In this document: positions 18,147 through 27,658 of the stretch, piece after piece
Layout of the letters: every line of letters begins with the position of its first letter
Numbering within the stretch: the first letter of the stretch is position 1
Source: a virus
Lineage: Duplodnaviria; Caudoviricetes
Length of the DNA stretch: 42,639 bases
IMG/VR virus record: IMGVR_UViG_3300012931_000035
Span: 1 to 42,639 of that record
Reading direction: 5' to 3' (one strand)
The notes under the pieces: model-generated
The model's input: only the letters and a program-made list of their open reading frames with translations
What the model was told of the DNA's origin: nothing
Databases searched by the model: none
Program-made: the position numbers and the translations under genes

Positions 18147-20814
18147 CGAGTTCCACCTCCGGCATGATTGATAATATGGTTATTGGCAAAGGATCTGTTT
18201 GCCGTATGCATATTCTTGCATCCGTATCCCATTCATTAAACGGAGTTGTCAACTTGTCACCGCTATATAGGTCCGCAGGCTTACCCCATGTATCAGCAAG
18301 ATTATATTCAATAGCTTCCATATTATCGAAGTCGTTAACTCCCACATATCCACCATAGGAATCTTTTAGCCGAACTGTTACCCGGCACACTCGTTTCTTT
18401 CTGCCTTGGACTGTCCCGTCTTTCAACGGAGTGTCAAGGTTAAGCCCTTCAAAATCACATGTATATCCCAGCCCAACATGTACCCGGCTTGCATAATCGG
18501 TTAGTGTAATACTTCCTCCCGTTACGGTTTGTGCCGTATCAACAGAACCGTCAGCTAAAATAGTGACTGTTTTACCTTCTAGGTGATCTAACCCAGTTAT
18601 GGTTATTATCGCTTTTCTTACATAACCCCCAGAACTATACGCCGTAAACGCCGTCCCATCAATGTTTGTATCATCGTCCATATTGGTAAGTTCAAAAGTA
18701 TTTGTAGTAACATTGGCTACTTTATAGCGGCTACCGTTAAGCTCTGTCATCCCTTCAATGTCTGAAATGTCAACGTAATCGCCATTGCTAAACCCATGGC
18801 TAGCCGCCGTTATTACTACGGGGCTTGCTTGAGTTGCTCCGGTAATATTAATCGGGTTATCATAGGTAAGACCACAATCGACAAAGAATTGATCTTGTGG
18901 TTCGTCTGATTCTAATCGAATAGCCATTTTTTCAATAAACCTTTTTGTACTGCCGTTTATTGTTCGCTTAACTACAAAATATACATCTGTATATTCATCG
19001 CCAGGGATAGCAGCAACACTTTCGAATTCTCCATCCGTTGTATGTTTTGCCCAGGACCAAACTTCTTGTTCCTTAATATAAGTAAAGGACAGTAACGCTC
19101 CATCGTCGCGGACTGCCCATATAATTCCATCTGGTTCTTTTTGATATGCCCAATCTACTATTTCATGGCCTCTAAATAAATGCCTTGCAAGTACGGTTAA
19201 ATCATCGCCTTTGTATACATCGTCAGCCAGACTATATCCAAAATCTCTAACTGTACTTCCTTGCTCCTGACAATATAAAATTCTGTCGCCAATAATTAGA
19301 GGTTCCAATGTTGATGAACCTCTATAACCTTGTTGTGTGGCTCTTACGGTAGAAGGAGTAAACGAGGTACTTTCCGATCCGGTTCCTATCTTCCATTCCC
19401 CTCCGACGGTAAATGCCAGTATACTTCCCATTGAAACCATCGACCGTATGGAATTAACGCCCTGTGATACTAATGGTGCTGTTATCGCATCATCATCTTC
19501 AACCGTTGTATTTACCAAAAAGTTAGGATAATCGCCAACCTGCGACCACCACATCGTTAAAGGATCTTTAGTGCTTGATGCAAGCCCTAACCTGTTCTGA
19601 TAAAATTTAACGCAACATGGATACCCATTTTTATCCGACCATGCTCCTTCGGCCCAATCTTCTGTTGCCGTAGTAAATGCTAAATTAGTTTGTACCGTTG
19701 CACTAACAGACGTACCGCTAGTATATCCAGTTATTTTTACTACTCCATCTGATACAAAAGAATATGCATTCAAATCTACATAACAAGTACCAGACGTATA
19801 TGTGTAGGATATTCTTAGCAAAACTAAATCATCGGTTTCTCCACTATCTTCTATATTTGTATCTGATGCAGACGTATATGATCTGATTGTTTCCCATGTA
19901 GTTCCATCGTCTGTTGACCATTGCAATTTAACCGTTCCGGCCCATGTTCCATGAGTGATTAATGACCAATTTCCTTTGCACATGATTGAGCCAGACGTAG
20001 TTGTCGCTGCATAAGTTAAATTTAAAACTTGGTCAGTAACATCGTGGGAAATTTGCCACAATGATCCAACATGGGAAGATAAAAATATAGAGGATGAAGC
20101 TGTTAAAGTTATATCCCCTGTTGTTGCTGACGGAGTTATCGTCGTGCTGGTTATATTTTCCGTTCTAAATGGGCCATTTCCATAAGCAAAATTAGCCAAC
20201 GTCCAATCATAGTGGCTATTTCTTGTTAATGTTCTTGGTGCATAACTGTTATTACAAATATATAAAGTATCTGCTGATTGTGCCGTTTTTAACTCAAATA
20301 AATCATCTTCGGCATAAGTTGTTGTGGTTTCTACTATATCGCTTTGTTCCCAGTATGTAGCCCAATTAGTCCCCGTTCCTGGTTCATCTGTTGCACTGGA
20401 AGTGTGTGCCAAAATGCATCTATAAATTAAACTACCAACATATACAACATCGTCAACTACATACGCCGTTGAAGTAACCCAAGCATCTGCATTGCTGGTA
20501 GTATTAATGATCTGTCCGCCGTCTTTATAGTACCGAAAATAATCTTCTCCGGCTTCTATAATATAAGCTTGTTCAACGCTAAATTGGAACGGTATAACTC
20601 TTACGGCTTTTGAACTATCTTTTACTTCGGCTATCATAACGGTTCCTGGCCGATTAGATGCACCCCCAAACGGGTGCGGAAACATATTTAATAATGTTTT
20701 ACAACTTACTGCGTATTTGTTAAAATCATCGCGCCCGTACAAATCGGGAGATACTTCACCCCCGGCAAAAGATGATTGTTTTAAATATAACTTTTGAGAG
20801 GATACTGTTGCCAT
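18130..20814 (-). CDS. tail nozzle/tail tubular protein B (T7 gp12-like)
   Basis: QSSFAGGEVSPDLYGRDD...GGASNRPGT, GYPCCVKFYQNRL, DPLPITILSI. Confidence 0.88.
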   Translation of the reverse strand: MATVSSQKLYLKQSSFAGGEVSPDLYGRDDFNKYAVSCKTLLNMFPHPFGGASNRPGTVMIAEVKDSSKAVRVIPFQFSVEQAYIIEAGEDYFRYYKDGGQIINTTSNADAWVTSTAYVVDDVVYVGSLIYRCILAHTSSATDEPGTGTNWATYWEQSDIVETTTTYAEDDLFELKTAQSADTLYICNNSYAPRTLTRNSHYDWTLANFAYGNGPFRTENITSTTITPSATTGDITLTASSSIFLSSHVGSLWQISHDVTDQVLNLTYAATTTSGSIMCKGNWSLITHGTWAGTVKLQWSTDDGTTWETIRSYTSASDTNIEDSGETDDLVLLRISYTYTSGTCYVDLNAYSFVSDGVVKITGYTSGTSVSATVQTNLAFTTATEDWAEGAWSDKNGYPCCVKFYQNRLGLASSTKDPLTMWWSQVGDYPNFLVNTTVEDDDAITAPLVSQGVNSIRSMVSMGSILAFTVGGEWKIGTGSESTSFTPSTVRATQQGYRGSSTLEPLIIGDRILYCQEQGSTVRDFGYSLADDVYKGDDLTVLARHLFRGHEIVDWAYQKEPDGIIWAVRDDGALLSFTYIKEQEVWSWAKHTTDGEFESVAAIPGDEYTDVYFVVKRTINGSTKRFIEKMAIRLESDEPQDQFFVDCGLTYDNPINITGATQASPVVITAASHGFSNGDYVDISDIEGMTELNGSRYKVANVTTNTFELTNMDDDTNIDGTAFTAYSSGGYVRKAIITITGLDHLEGKTVTILADGSVDTAQTVTGGSITLTDYASRVHVGLGYTCDFEGLNLDTPLKDGTVQGRKKRVCRVTVRLKDSYGGYVGVNDFDNMEAIEYNLADTWGKPADLYSGDKLTTPFNEWDTDARICIRQTDPLPITILSIMPEVELGGDNN

Positions 20815-21402
20815 TTAACGTCGCCCCCTCAAATATGAATTAGGCCATTCGAGTGGGATGTGCTCTTCTGTTGCCCCTGCTAGATTAGCTTCTTTTATGG
20901 CTAACTGGTATCTTTGAACCATTTCGGAAGTTTTTGACGCATTACCGCTTAAGGCGTTACTAATTTCTCCGGCCAGCAAATAACTTAATGCCTTAACAAA
21001 TAAGGGATCATATATAGTCGGATTTGTTACTCGCATTGTATATTCGATATAAGCATCTTCTATATCACAAGCGATATATTTCTCGTCACCATCGCTAATT
21101 ATTTTAAACTCGGATTTTTCTTGTACCCGGGCATTATTTCCCGCATAAATTTTTAATACTTTTGTACAATCTACAGGATAACCATATACATAATCCCACC
21201 CTGGAGTAGTATCGTCGGTCAATGCCAATAATTCAATCTTACGTGCAAAGTTCCAGGGAAAATCTCTTAATGCCATTTCTAAACATACATCGTAGTTAAT
21301 TTCTAATTGTCTTGCTTTTTCGGTTCCGTCGTCAAGCGAAGTAATCTTACCTCCACCAATATGTGATAGAGCTAAGTTACAAATATAGGTTTGTGATACC
21401 AT
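20815..21402 (-). CDS. head-tail adaptor/tail tubular protein A (T7 gp11-like)
   Basis: ICNLALSHIG...PWNFA...YGYPVDC...DPLFVKALSYLLA. Confidence 0.85.
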   Translation of the reverse strand: MVSQTYICNLALSHIGGGKITSLDDGTEKARQLEINYDVCLEMALRDFPWNFARKIELLALTDDTTPGWDYVYGYPVDCTKVLKIYAGNNARVQEKSEFKIISDGDEKYIACDIEDAYIEYTMRVTNPTIYDPLFVKALSYLLAGEISNALSGNASKTSEMVQRYQLAIKEANLAGATEEHIPLEWPNSYLRGRR

Positions 21403-21425
21403 TTATATACCTCCAACAAACAACA

Positions 21426-21451
21426 AAGAGGAAAGTCTTTGCTTTCCTCTT
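21426..21451 (-). terminator. intrinsic terminator after the capsid cluster
   Basis: Perfect 10-bp stem AAGAGGAAAG/CTTTCCTCTT followed on the minus strand by a T-rich tail. Confidence 0.65.
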
Positions 21452-21466
21452 CAAAGTTTATATTAT

Positions 21467-21832
21467 CTATTTTTGTTCTTGGTCTATAACATCAATTAGC
21501 GACTGTCTTGTTCTTAACCCGGAATTATAAACCCCTTGTTTTTGAGCTAACTCTTTTAGTTGTGCTAATGTCATATAATTAATATCACCGGCTACTATCC
21601 CAGACCCTGTAAATTGTGCGTCATTTATTTGTGCCGATAGTTCAGCATAAGTCATAGGTTCGTCTTCTTCGTCTATTTTATCTAATGCTTCTTCTAGTTC
21701 TTGATGATCGTTAACTAATTTAAAATGTTCTGGGGGTATTTTATCAGAAGATAAGGGACCGGTTAAAGTCCCTTCTTCCCAATATCTCCCGTCCCATGTA
21801 CAAGTAGTAACGCACTTATACACGTTAAGCAT
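21467..21832 (-). CDS. capsid-region protein with C-terminal Rho-N/HeH-like motif
   Basis: MTLAQLKELAQKQGV...RQSLIDVI. Confidence 0.6.
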   Translation of the reverse strand: MLNVYKCVTTCTWDGRYWEEGTLTGPLSSDKIPPEHFKLVNDHQELEEALDKIDEEDEPMTYAELSAQINDAQFTGSGIVAGDINYMTLAQLKELAQKQGVYNSGLRTRQSLIDVIDQEQK

Positions 21833-21836
21833 TTAC

Positions 21837-22244
21837 TCACATCCTATTCGTATCTACTTCGTCAACTAAACCGGCAGTAATAGTACCTGCGGTCAATGCG
21901 GCGGTTGCTACAACATATTGCAATTTATGATATTGTTGTAATCCTAGTGGCAAACGCCCATTATAAATAACAGCTCCTTCTGAATAACTAGAAACCGAAG
22001 TGGCAGCTACAAGCGGAATCGTAGTTGAAGATCCGAAAGCCGAATCATCATCTGTCACAAGATTAATGGCAATAGTAGCCCCTGATCCAATAAAAGCTGT
22101 CCCGACTTGAATACGAATAAACGGAGGATCTTCATAACAATCCCCGTCTGCTTGTTGATTGATTGTATTAGTTGAATTAGTTGTCCCGGTACTTACAATC
22201 ATTGATTGTGCATCAGAATATAAATTATCTACATCCCAAATCAT
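21837..22244 (-). CDS. capsid cement/decoration protein (Bbp16-like)
   Basis: MIWDVDNLYSDAQ...STNTI...LTAGTITAGLV, directly after the major capsid gene. Confidence 0.75.
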   Translation of the reverse strand: MIWDVDNLYSDAQSMIVSTGTTNSTNTINQQADGDCYEDPPFIRIQVGTAFIGSGATIAINLVTDDDSAFGSSTTIPLVAATSVSSYSEGAVIYNGRLPLGLQQYHKLQYVVATAALTAGTITAGLVDEVDTNRM

Positions 22245-22256
22245 TTAATTACCTCC

Positions 22257-23258
22257 TTAAGATATGGTTGCTTCAGTAGAAAGCAATGCGTCACATTTGC
22301 GAATAGGTATCCCAGCAAAATATAGTTGAGGGAATGTCCCTTGCAATTCTTGTTTGGTAATCCAAACATTGCTCTTGCTGGTCAGCATAATTTCGAACCA
22401 TGAATATACTAATTCATTAACATAACAAAAAACGTTATTAGGCATATTAATACGATTTTTTGCTAAAATAAACTTTTGGATAAGATTAGCCGATGTATCA
22501 GACGAACTATCAAAAGTTTGTAATGCCGTAGTATCAATATTCGCGACTCGCGCTACTTTTCGATAATCCTTTACCGCAAGCCCTGGTTTCCATTTGAAGT
22601 TAGTACAATATGCGTAAAATGGATTACTAGAATCATCTGTCACTCTCAAAAGTCCTTGGTCGCGAGTTTCAAGTCCAGCGGTTGAACCTTTAGGATAAAT
22701 ACCACATACGGCTTGATCGCTCCAATCGATAAACCAAGCAGATGCATTAACCGATCCTGTCCCACCAGCAGAAATAATCTGATACCCTGGTTTTGTTTTT
22801 GTAGTGCTAATTGTATTAAATCTTACTCCAAGACCATTAAATTCCCCCGGGGTCGTATCAGAATCGCCATAAAAGTCCATGGTAGCTACTTTTTGCCTAA
22901 ATCCTTCGGTAAACGCAGCATCTTCGCTAAGCCGATATGCCTCTTTGTTTGGTGTGAGGGCCAATACTTCTTCATCAATTTCGCTGTTATCTTCTAACAA
23001 ACAACAAGTATCGGTAACTTGCTTAGTGGTTGATTTTTTCCGGGTTGCCCCTTCATTCAACCTTCTTACTCCCGGAGTAGGAATGCTCGATCTTTGAGTC
23101 GTTACATTACCTGTGGGAAGATTTCCCTCCATCCATTGCATATCAGCAATAATTTGATTTTCAAGTGCCAATACTTCAATTACTTTTGCCATTAACCCGT
23201 TAGGGTCTAGACGGCTTTTAATGTCTAGTAAATTAACTGAATTACCTATAGTTGCCAT
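22257..23258 (-). CDS. major capsid protein (BPP-1/epsilon15-like)
   Basis: EGNLPTGNVTTQR...RRLNEG...EFNGLGVRF...RVANID...FAGIPIRKCDALLSTE. Confidence 0.88.
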   Translation of the reverse strand: MATIGNSVNLLDIKSRLDPNGLMAKVIEVLALENQIIADMQWMEGNLPTGNVTTQRSSIPTPGVRRLNEGATRKKSTTKQVTDTCCLLEDNSEIDEEVLALTPNKEAYRLSEDAAFTEGFRQKVATMDFYGDSDTTPGEFNGLGVRFNTISTTKTKPGYQIISAGGTGSVNASAWFIDWSDQAVCGIYPKGSTAGLETRDQGLLRVTDDSSNPFYAYCTNFKWKPGLAVKDYRKVARVANIDTTALQTFDSSSDTSANLIQKFILAKNRINMPNNVFCYVNELVYSWFEIMLTSKSNVWITKQELQGTFPQLYFAGIPIRKCDALLSTEATIS

Positions 23259-23271
23259 TTATAGTTCCTCC

Positions 23272-23936
23272 TTATTTGTCGTACATTTCCGGGCTGTTAG
23301 GGTAAAGTGACTTACTATTTGTAGGGCTTTTCCCTTCTACCCATCCGCTTTCGGAAATCTGTTCATTAATTGATTTAAACAATCCAATCATTTCGGGATG
23401 GTTCCCAAGACCGGTTTGATTTAAAAACTCTTTAAATTCGGGCGTAGAAAAACGGCCTAACGCTTTGTTGGCCGCATCAATACCATTGTTCCCATATTTT
23501 TCAACGCTTTCGTTTTTCCAAGTTTCCATTTGCTTTTCTTTTTCTTCTAACTGTTGAGGTGCAATCTTGTTCACATAAAAGTCAACAGCTGATTGTGCCG
23601 CTTCTTGTGTTAGGTTTTGTTCTTTAGCCCAAGCCTTAAAATCATCAATTGGTGCGGTAAATCCTTCGGGAACTGTAAAATCTCCGTATTGTTCCGGCGC
23701 TCCGGTAACAGCAGGCGGTTCAGCAGGCTGATTTTCTGTCGGTTTTGGAACATTAGTTGTCTCAGGCTGTGTAGTCTTCTCTGACGGTTTTTCCTGTGTT
23801 CCGGTCCCAATCGTACCAGTATCGCTTGTTTCTACCGGCGTAGGCGATTCTACAACTACATTTTCTTCTGCAAATAATTGCAAATCAAAAATAGCAGTAT
23901 CGGTGTTACCCTGCACCGCCGTTTTTTATCAATCAT
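23272..23936 (-). CDS. capsid scaffolding protein; probable true start 23936 with a one-base frameshift in an A6 run
   Basis: AAGGAGG RBS before ATG 23936, which lies 20 nt (out of frame) upstream of the tracked ORF. Motifs DLQLFAE, APEQYGDF, GLGNHPEMI, LYPN. Confidence 0.8.
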
Positions 23937-24002
23937 TGTTAAACCTCCTTTTATGTATAAAAAATAGAAGGCATTAACCTTCATAACTAAATTATTTGTA
24001 TT

Positions 24003-24164
24003 TTATTTTCCGTTAACTCGTTTTAGTCTTGGATTAGATTTCTTAGCCGCCGAACTTGCTTTTCTAGTTGAATTGGCTAATATTGCGCCAGCTTGTTTTT
24101 TAGTATATCCTTCTTCCATTATTTTGTTCTGCACTGACTTAAATCCAGGATGTGCTTTGTTCAT
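24003..24164 (-). CDS. 53-aa basic protein
   Basis: MNKAHPGFKSVQNKIMEEGYTKKQAGAILANSTRKASSAAKKSNPRLKRVNGK, starting 1 nt after the upstream micro-ORF stop. Confidence 0.65.
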   Translation of the reverse strand: MNKAHPGFKSVQNKIMEEGYTKKQAGAILANSTRKASSAAKKSNPRLKRVNGK

Positions 24165-24165
24165 A

Positions 24166-24222
24166 CTATTTCCCGCCTTTCCCTTTTCCACCTTTGCCGC
24201 CTTTCCCACCCTTACAAGCCAT
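24166..24222 (-). CDS. 18-aa Gly/Lys micro-ORF MACKGGKGGKGGKGKGGK
   Basis: AAGGAAGTGA RBS. Varied Gly codons (GGT/GGG/GGC/GGA) keep the GGK repeat. Confidence 0.55.
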   Translation of the reverse strand: MACKGGKGGKGGKGKGGK

Positions 24223-24227
24223 TCATA

Positions 24228-24359
24228 TCACTTCCTTTTGTTTTTACCAGCTTTCGACATTGCTATCGCAATTGCTTGTGCTTTCGGTTTCCCATGAGCT
24301 ATTTCAGTCTTAATGTTTTGGGATATAACTTTTTTGCTTGAACCTGATTTTAATGGCAT
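24228..24359 (-). CDS. 43-aa basic protein
   Basis: [53 protein letters not shown]. Not in the ORF track. Confidence 0.7.
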   Translation of the reverse strand: MPLKSGSSKKVISQNIKTEIAHGKPKAQAIAIAMSKAGKNKRK

Positions 24360-24373
24360 ATTTGTTCATCCCC

Positions 24374-24736
24374 TTATACCAAATCGTACAATATACTTAA
24401 ATTGGTTATTACACTAGCTCCACCTGCCGCCGCCGTAAGTGTAACCGCAGTATTAATTGCGGATGCTTCTAGCGGGCAAGGAAACGTTTTTGATACACAG
24501 TCGCCAATTGCTTTTCCTATTGGGACACCATCTAACCATTTAGTAGTACCGCCGATAGCTAAAGTCAACGTTACTGCATTTACTGTTGCAGCTCCGGTTA
24601 TTAAACAATTATAGCCATATATTCTATAACGACTTCCGGCACTAGCCGACAAAGTAATTGTATTGGCCGCATTTGCTGTTCCAACAGAAGTTGTCGATTG
24701 TACTCCATCAATATTTACACATTTTGAATATCTCAT
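24374..24736 (-). CDS. hypothetical virion protein (beta-rich)
   Basis: 120 aa, Ala/Thr-rich, GGAGGTG RBS, in the head module. Confidence 0.65.
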   Translation of the reverse strand: MRYSKCVNIDGVQSTTSVGTANAANTITLSASAGSRYRIYGYNCLITGAATVNAVTLTLAIGGTTKWLDGVPIGKAIGDCVSKTFPCPLEASAINTAVTLTAAAGGASVITNLSILYDLV

Positions 24737-24737
24737 T

Positions 24738-25331
24738 TTACACCTCCGACCATGATATGTTTACGCCATATTCATGCTTCAAATTGCCATAATTTGTGAA
24801 TACGCACATAAACGCATCGCCAGGGGCAATAATACTCATTACCTCTGCTCTGTCTTTAGGCTTTTCAGACTCTGACCATACCGTTTTTAATATCTTGTCT
24901 GTACTTGTATCTGTCCATGTGATTGTTCCTATGAGATTTTGAAACCATGCTTGGAATGCCGGAGTTGTTGTTGAATCAGTATTAAGATTTCTATATGGCA
25001 GTTTTATAGAATCATACGTTGACGAAGTATAGTCAGCCGGGTCATACGTTGTTCCGCCAAGCGCAAATATGCCATTTTTAACAATCTGAATTAAAAATGG
25101 TCCTTCGTTAAATACAATCGGTCTAAGCCATATAGATTTTGTAGCGCTAGTATTAACGGCATAATAATAATAAGTAACTCCACTAACCATACCAGTAACG
25201 TCAGTAAATACCATTTCAAACGCGTTACCTTCAATGGCTGCTCTTCGAAATGAATCCATGGTAACGGCAGAACTAACGCCGTCCTTTATTTCTTTATAGG
25301 CGTTCCCAATATTTTGATTTGCCGACCCCAT
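24738..25331 (-). CDS. hypothetical virion protein
   Basis: 197 aa, AAGGAAGG RBS, in the head module. Confidence 0.65.
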   Translation of the reverse strand: MGSANQNIGNAYKEIKDGVSSAVTMDSFRRAAIEGNAFEMVFTDVTGMVSGVTYYYYAVNTSATKSIWLRPIVFNEGPFLIQIVKNGIFALGGTTYDPADYTSSTYDSIKLPYRNLNTDSTTTPAFQAWFQNLIGTITWTDTSTDKILKTVWSESEKPKDRAEVMSIIAPGDAFMCVFTNYGNLKHEYGVNISWSEV

Positions 25332-25404
25332 AATCTTTGCTACCTTCCTTGTTATTTATTTTGTTACTTTCTCGACCTTTTATTTCTTCGCCGGTAGCGA
25401 TTTG

Positions 25405-25683
25405 TTATTTTAAGTATTCTGTTTCTGCTTGTTGCATTAAAGAAACTCCCTGTAATCCCCATGACTTAATAGCTCTAATCAACATAATTGATATATTACG
25501 CATCCCGGCCAAGAAAACATCACGAATATTGCCTTTAAAATCCTGTGTATCTCGCCCGCACTTCTCTAATAACCAACTAAAAAAACGTCTTCCTTCCGGC
25601 GTTTGCATGATTGCATATATATCTTTTAATGCAATAGTCTCAAGTTCAACGGAAATCATATCTTTAAATTCTCTATCGGTCAT
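25405..25683 (-). CDS. Bbp19-like protein after the portal
   Basis: DIYAIMQTPEGRRFFSWLLEKCG...FLAGMRNI. Confidence 0.75.
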   Translation of the reverse strand: MTDREFKDMISVELETIALKDIYAIMQTPEGRRFFSWLLEKCGRDTQDFKGNIRDVFLAGMRNISIMLIRAIKSWGLQGVSLMQQAETEYLK

Positions 25684-27366
25684 TGTTGAAGACCTCCAGA
25701 CGGCCCACCAAGGACTTGCGTTAATGCATTAGTACCGCTCATATCAGACTGCGACATTGTTTTTGCGGTTTGCGCCATTGTTTGGCCCATTTGTGCCTGA
25801 TTCATTAATGCTTGTTGTTGTGCTCTTGCTTTACGTATTTGTTCAACTTCTTCGTCAGAAATAATAATATCTTCCGGCACACCATTTAATAACCCAAGAT
25901 GATCGGTTACTTTATCAAACTTAATTTTGTCAAGTATTTCTGGCAATTGAGTTGTTGTTGAAATTTCAATAACACTTTTAACAGTATCTAATATAGGTGT
26001 AATCAAATTTTGCTTTTGTGCCTGATTTAGTACAGATACATATTCAACTTTAATTTCCATCCCTTGTATCTCGGGAGGAGGTGGTGGAAACAATCCAAGA
26101 CGTTCACATACAGAATCAACCCGTTCAATAACTTGCGGCAAATATCCAGTCTGTAAACGTTCAAGTAATGGCCCCATTTGAGACATTTTCTCAGAAGTTA
26201 ATTCAATAATCTCTCGGGCAGTACGTTGCCCGGTTCCCATATTCAATTCGCTAATCAATTGGAATACGTCTACCTTGAAATGCTTTCTAATACATTCTTC
26301 AATCTTCTCTTGTACAGTGGCCGCATGGTCCATATTCAAATTAACGTTGAATACCGATTGTATTGGATTTTGCCCGCTAACTGGATTGTAATAGTTGGCA
26401 CCACCCGGGTAAAGATTAATTCCGGCTTTCATCATGTCTGTAGATGCCATGACGGATGGTTTTACTGCAAGTTCTGCGGCTGTGCAAATATCTTTCCACA
26501 TTAACTGTATTTGCTTTGCATCGCCCAATGACCATATACCTGGGCCGGTTCCATAAACATCTGCGCCGCAAGTCTGCCAGCGTTCAACCATTACCGGGAA
26601 CTCATTGAATCCTCCATGTTTTAAATATTGTCCTTCATCCATTGAATCAGTCCAATAGTAGTCGGTAAACTTCATGAACTCTTTACCAATTTTGCGGGGA
26701 TTATAACCTTTGTTAGGCATTACAAGGTGTTTAACTTTATGAGTAGTTTTATAATTACCATCGTCATATTCATGTTGTATTTCATTAGGAACATTTTCAT
26801 AGCCAAACTGTTCTACCATCTGATATGAAGTCATTACAATATTGTTTGCAAACTGGTTAGGCCTGCCTTTTTTATCAATTCCTATAGCAAATTCGCCAAT
26901 CGTAAAGGTTCGACAGTTTATAGCGGTTTCTGGGTCTTCTTCAATTAACATAGCCGCAGTATTAAATACTCCCAACTCCATATAAAACTGATGGTTCGAA
27001 GGATAGAAATTTGACCGGTCTAATACATCAAGCACTATATCTCGTCTAATCTCTAGCCACTGACGTATTTCTTCCGATTGCATCAAACTGTAATCAGGTA
27101 AGCGGTATTTTACCCATGGCCTGGTTGGCGAAGTTATGCCCCATTGCATACCGGCGGCTAAAATATTTGCGTATTCGATAGAAATAGTTCTTTGTAACAT
27201 TTCATCTTTTCTATCTCCGCTATTAGGTGTTTCATCTTCAAAATATCCTAACCAGGGAAACAGAAAATCGCGGACTTCCATAAACAGCGGTTTCCACTTT
27301 TCAAACTCGGCAAAAAGATTTTTATGTTGTTGGTTTATATATTGTTTTTCTGTAATATTTTTCATA
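25680..27366 (-). CDS. portal/head-to-tail connector (T7 gp8-like)
   Basis: LAAGMQWGITSPTRPW...SNFY...YGTGPG...RTAREI...EKMSQMGPLLERLQ...KVEYVSVLNQAQK. Confidence 0.92.
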
Positions 27367-27657
27367 TTAAGCACCCAGCAAAGTTTTCTTAGCCGTTGTT
27401 GCCGTATCTGTTGTTCCTTTGCTACTTGTTGCTATTGTCGATTGATACCCCGCCGCTGCCGCCGCTTTCTTCTTCGCGGTCTTAGCACTTTCAAGCGCGT
27501 CAACACCGCTAGTAACATCAACCGATGTAGGTGTTGCTGCTACAGTTGTTGTCGTTTCATCATCAGACGATGTCAAAGTATTTACAGAACTTGCTACGCT
27601 AGCTACTGTTGCTGCACTTGATAACCAGCTAAGCAATGTTGCCCCTACTCCGCACAT
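27367..27657 (-). CDS. small virion protein upstream of the portal
   Basis: AGGAGG RBS, MCGVG...GYQSTIATS...KKTLLGA. Confidence 0.65.
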   Translation of the reverse strand: MCGVGATLLSWLSSAATVASVASSVNTLTSSDDETTTTVAATPTSVDVTSGVDALESAKTAKKKAAAAAGYQSTIATSSKGTTDTATTAKKTLLGA

Positions 27658-27658
27658 A

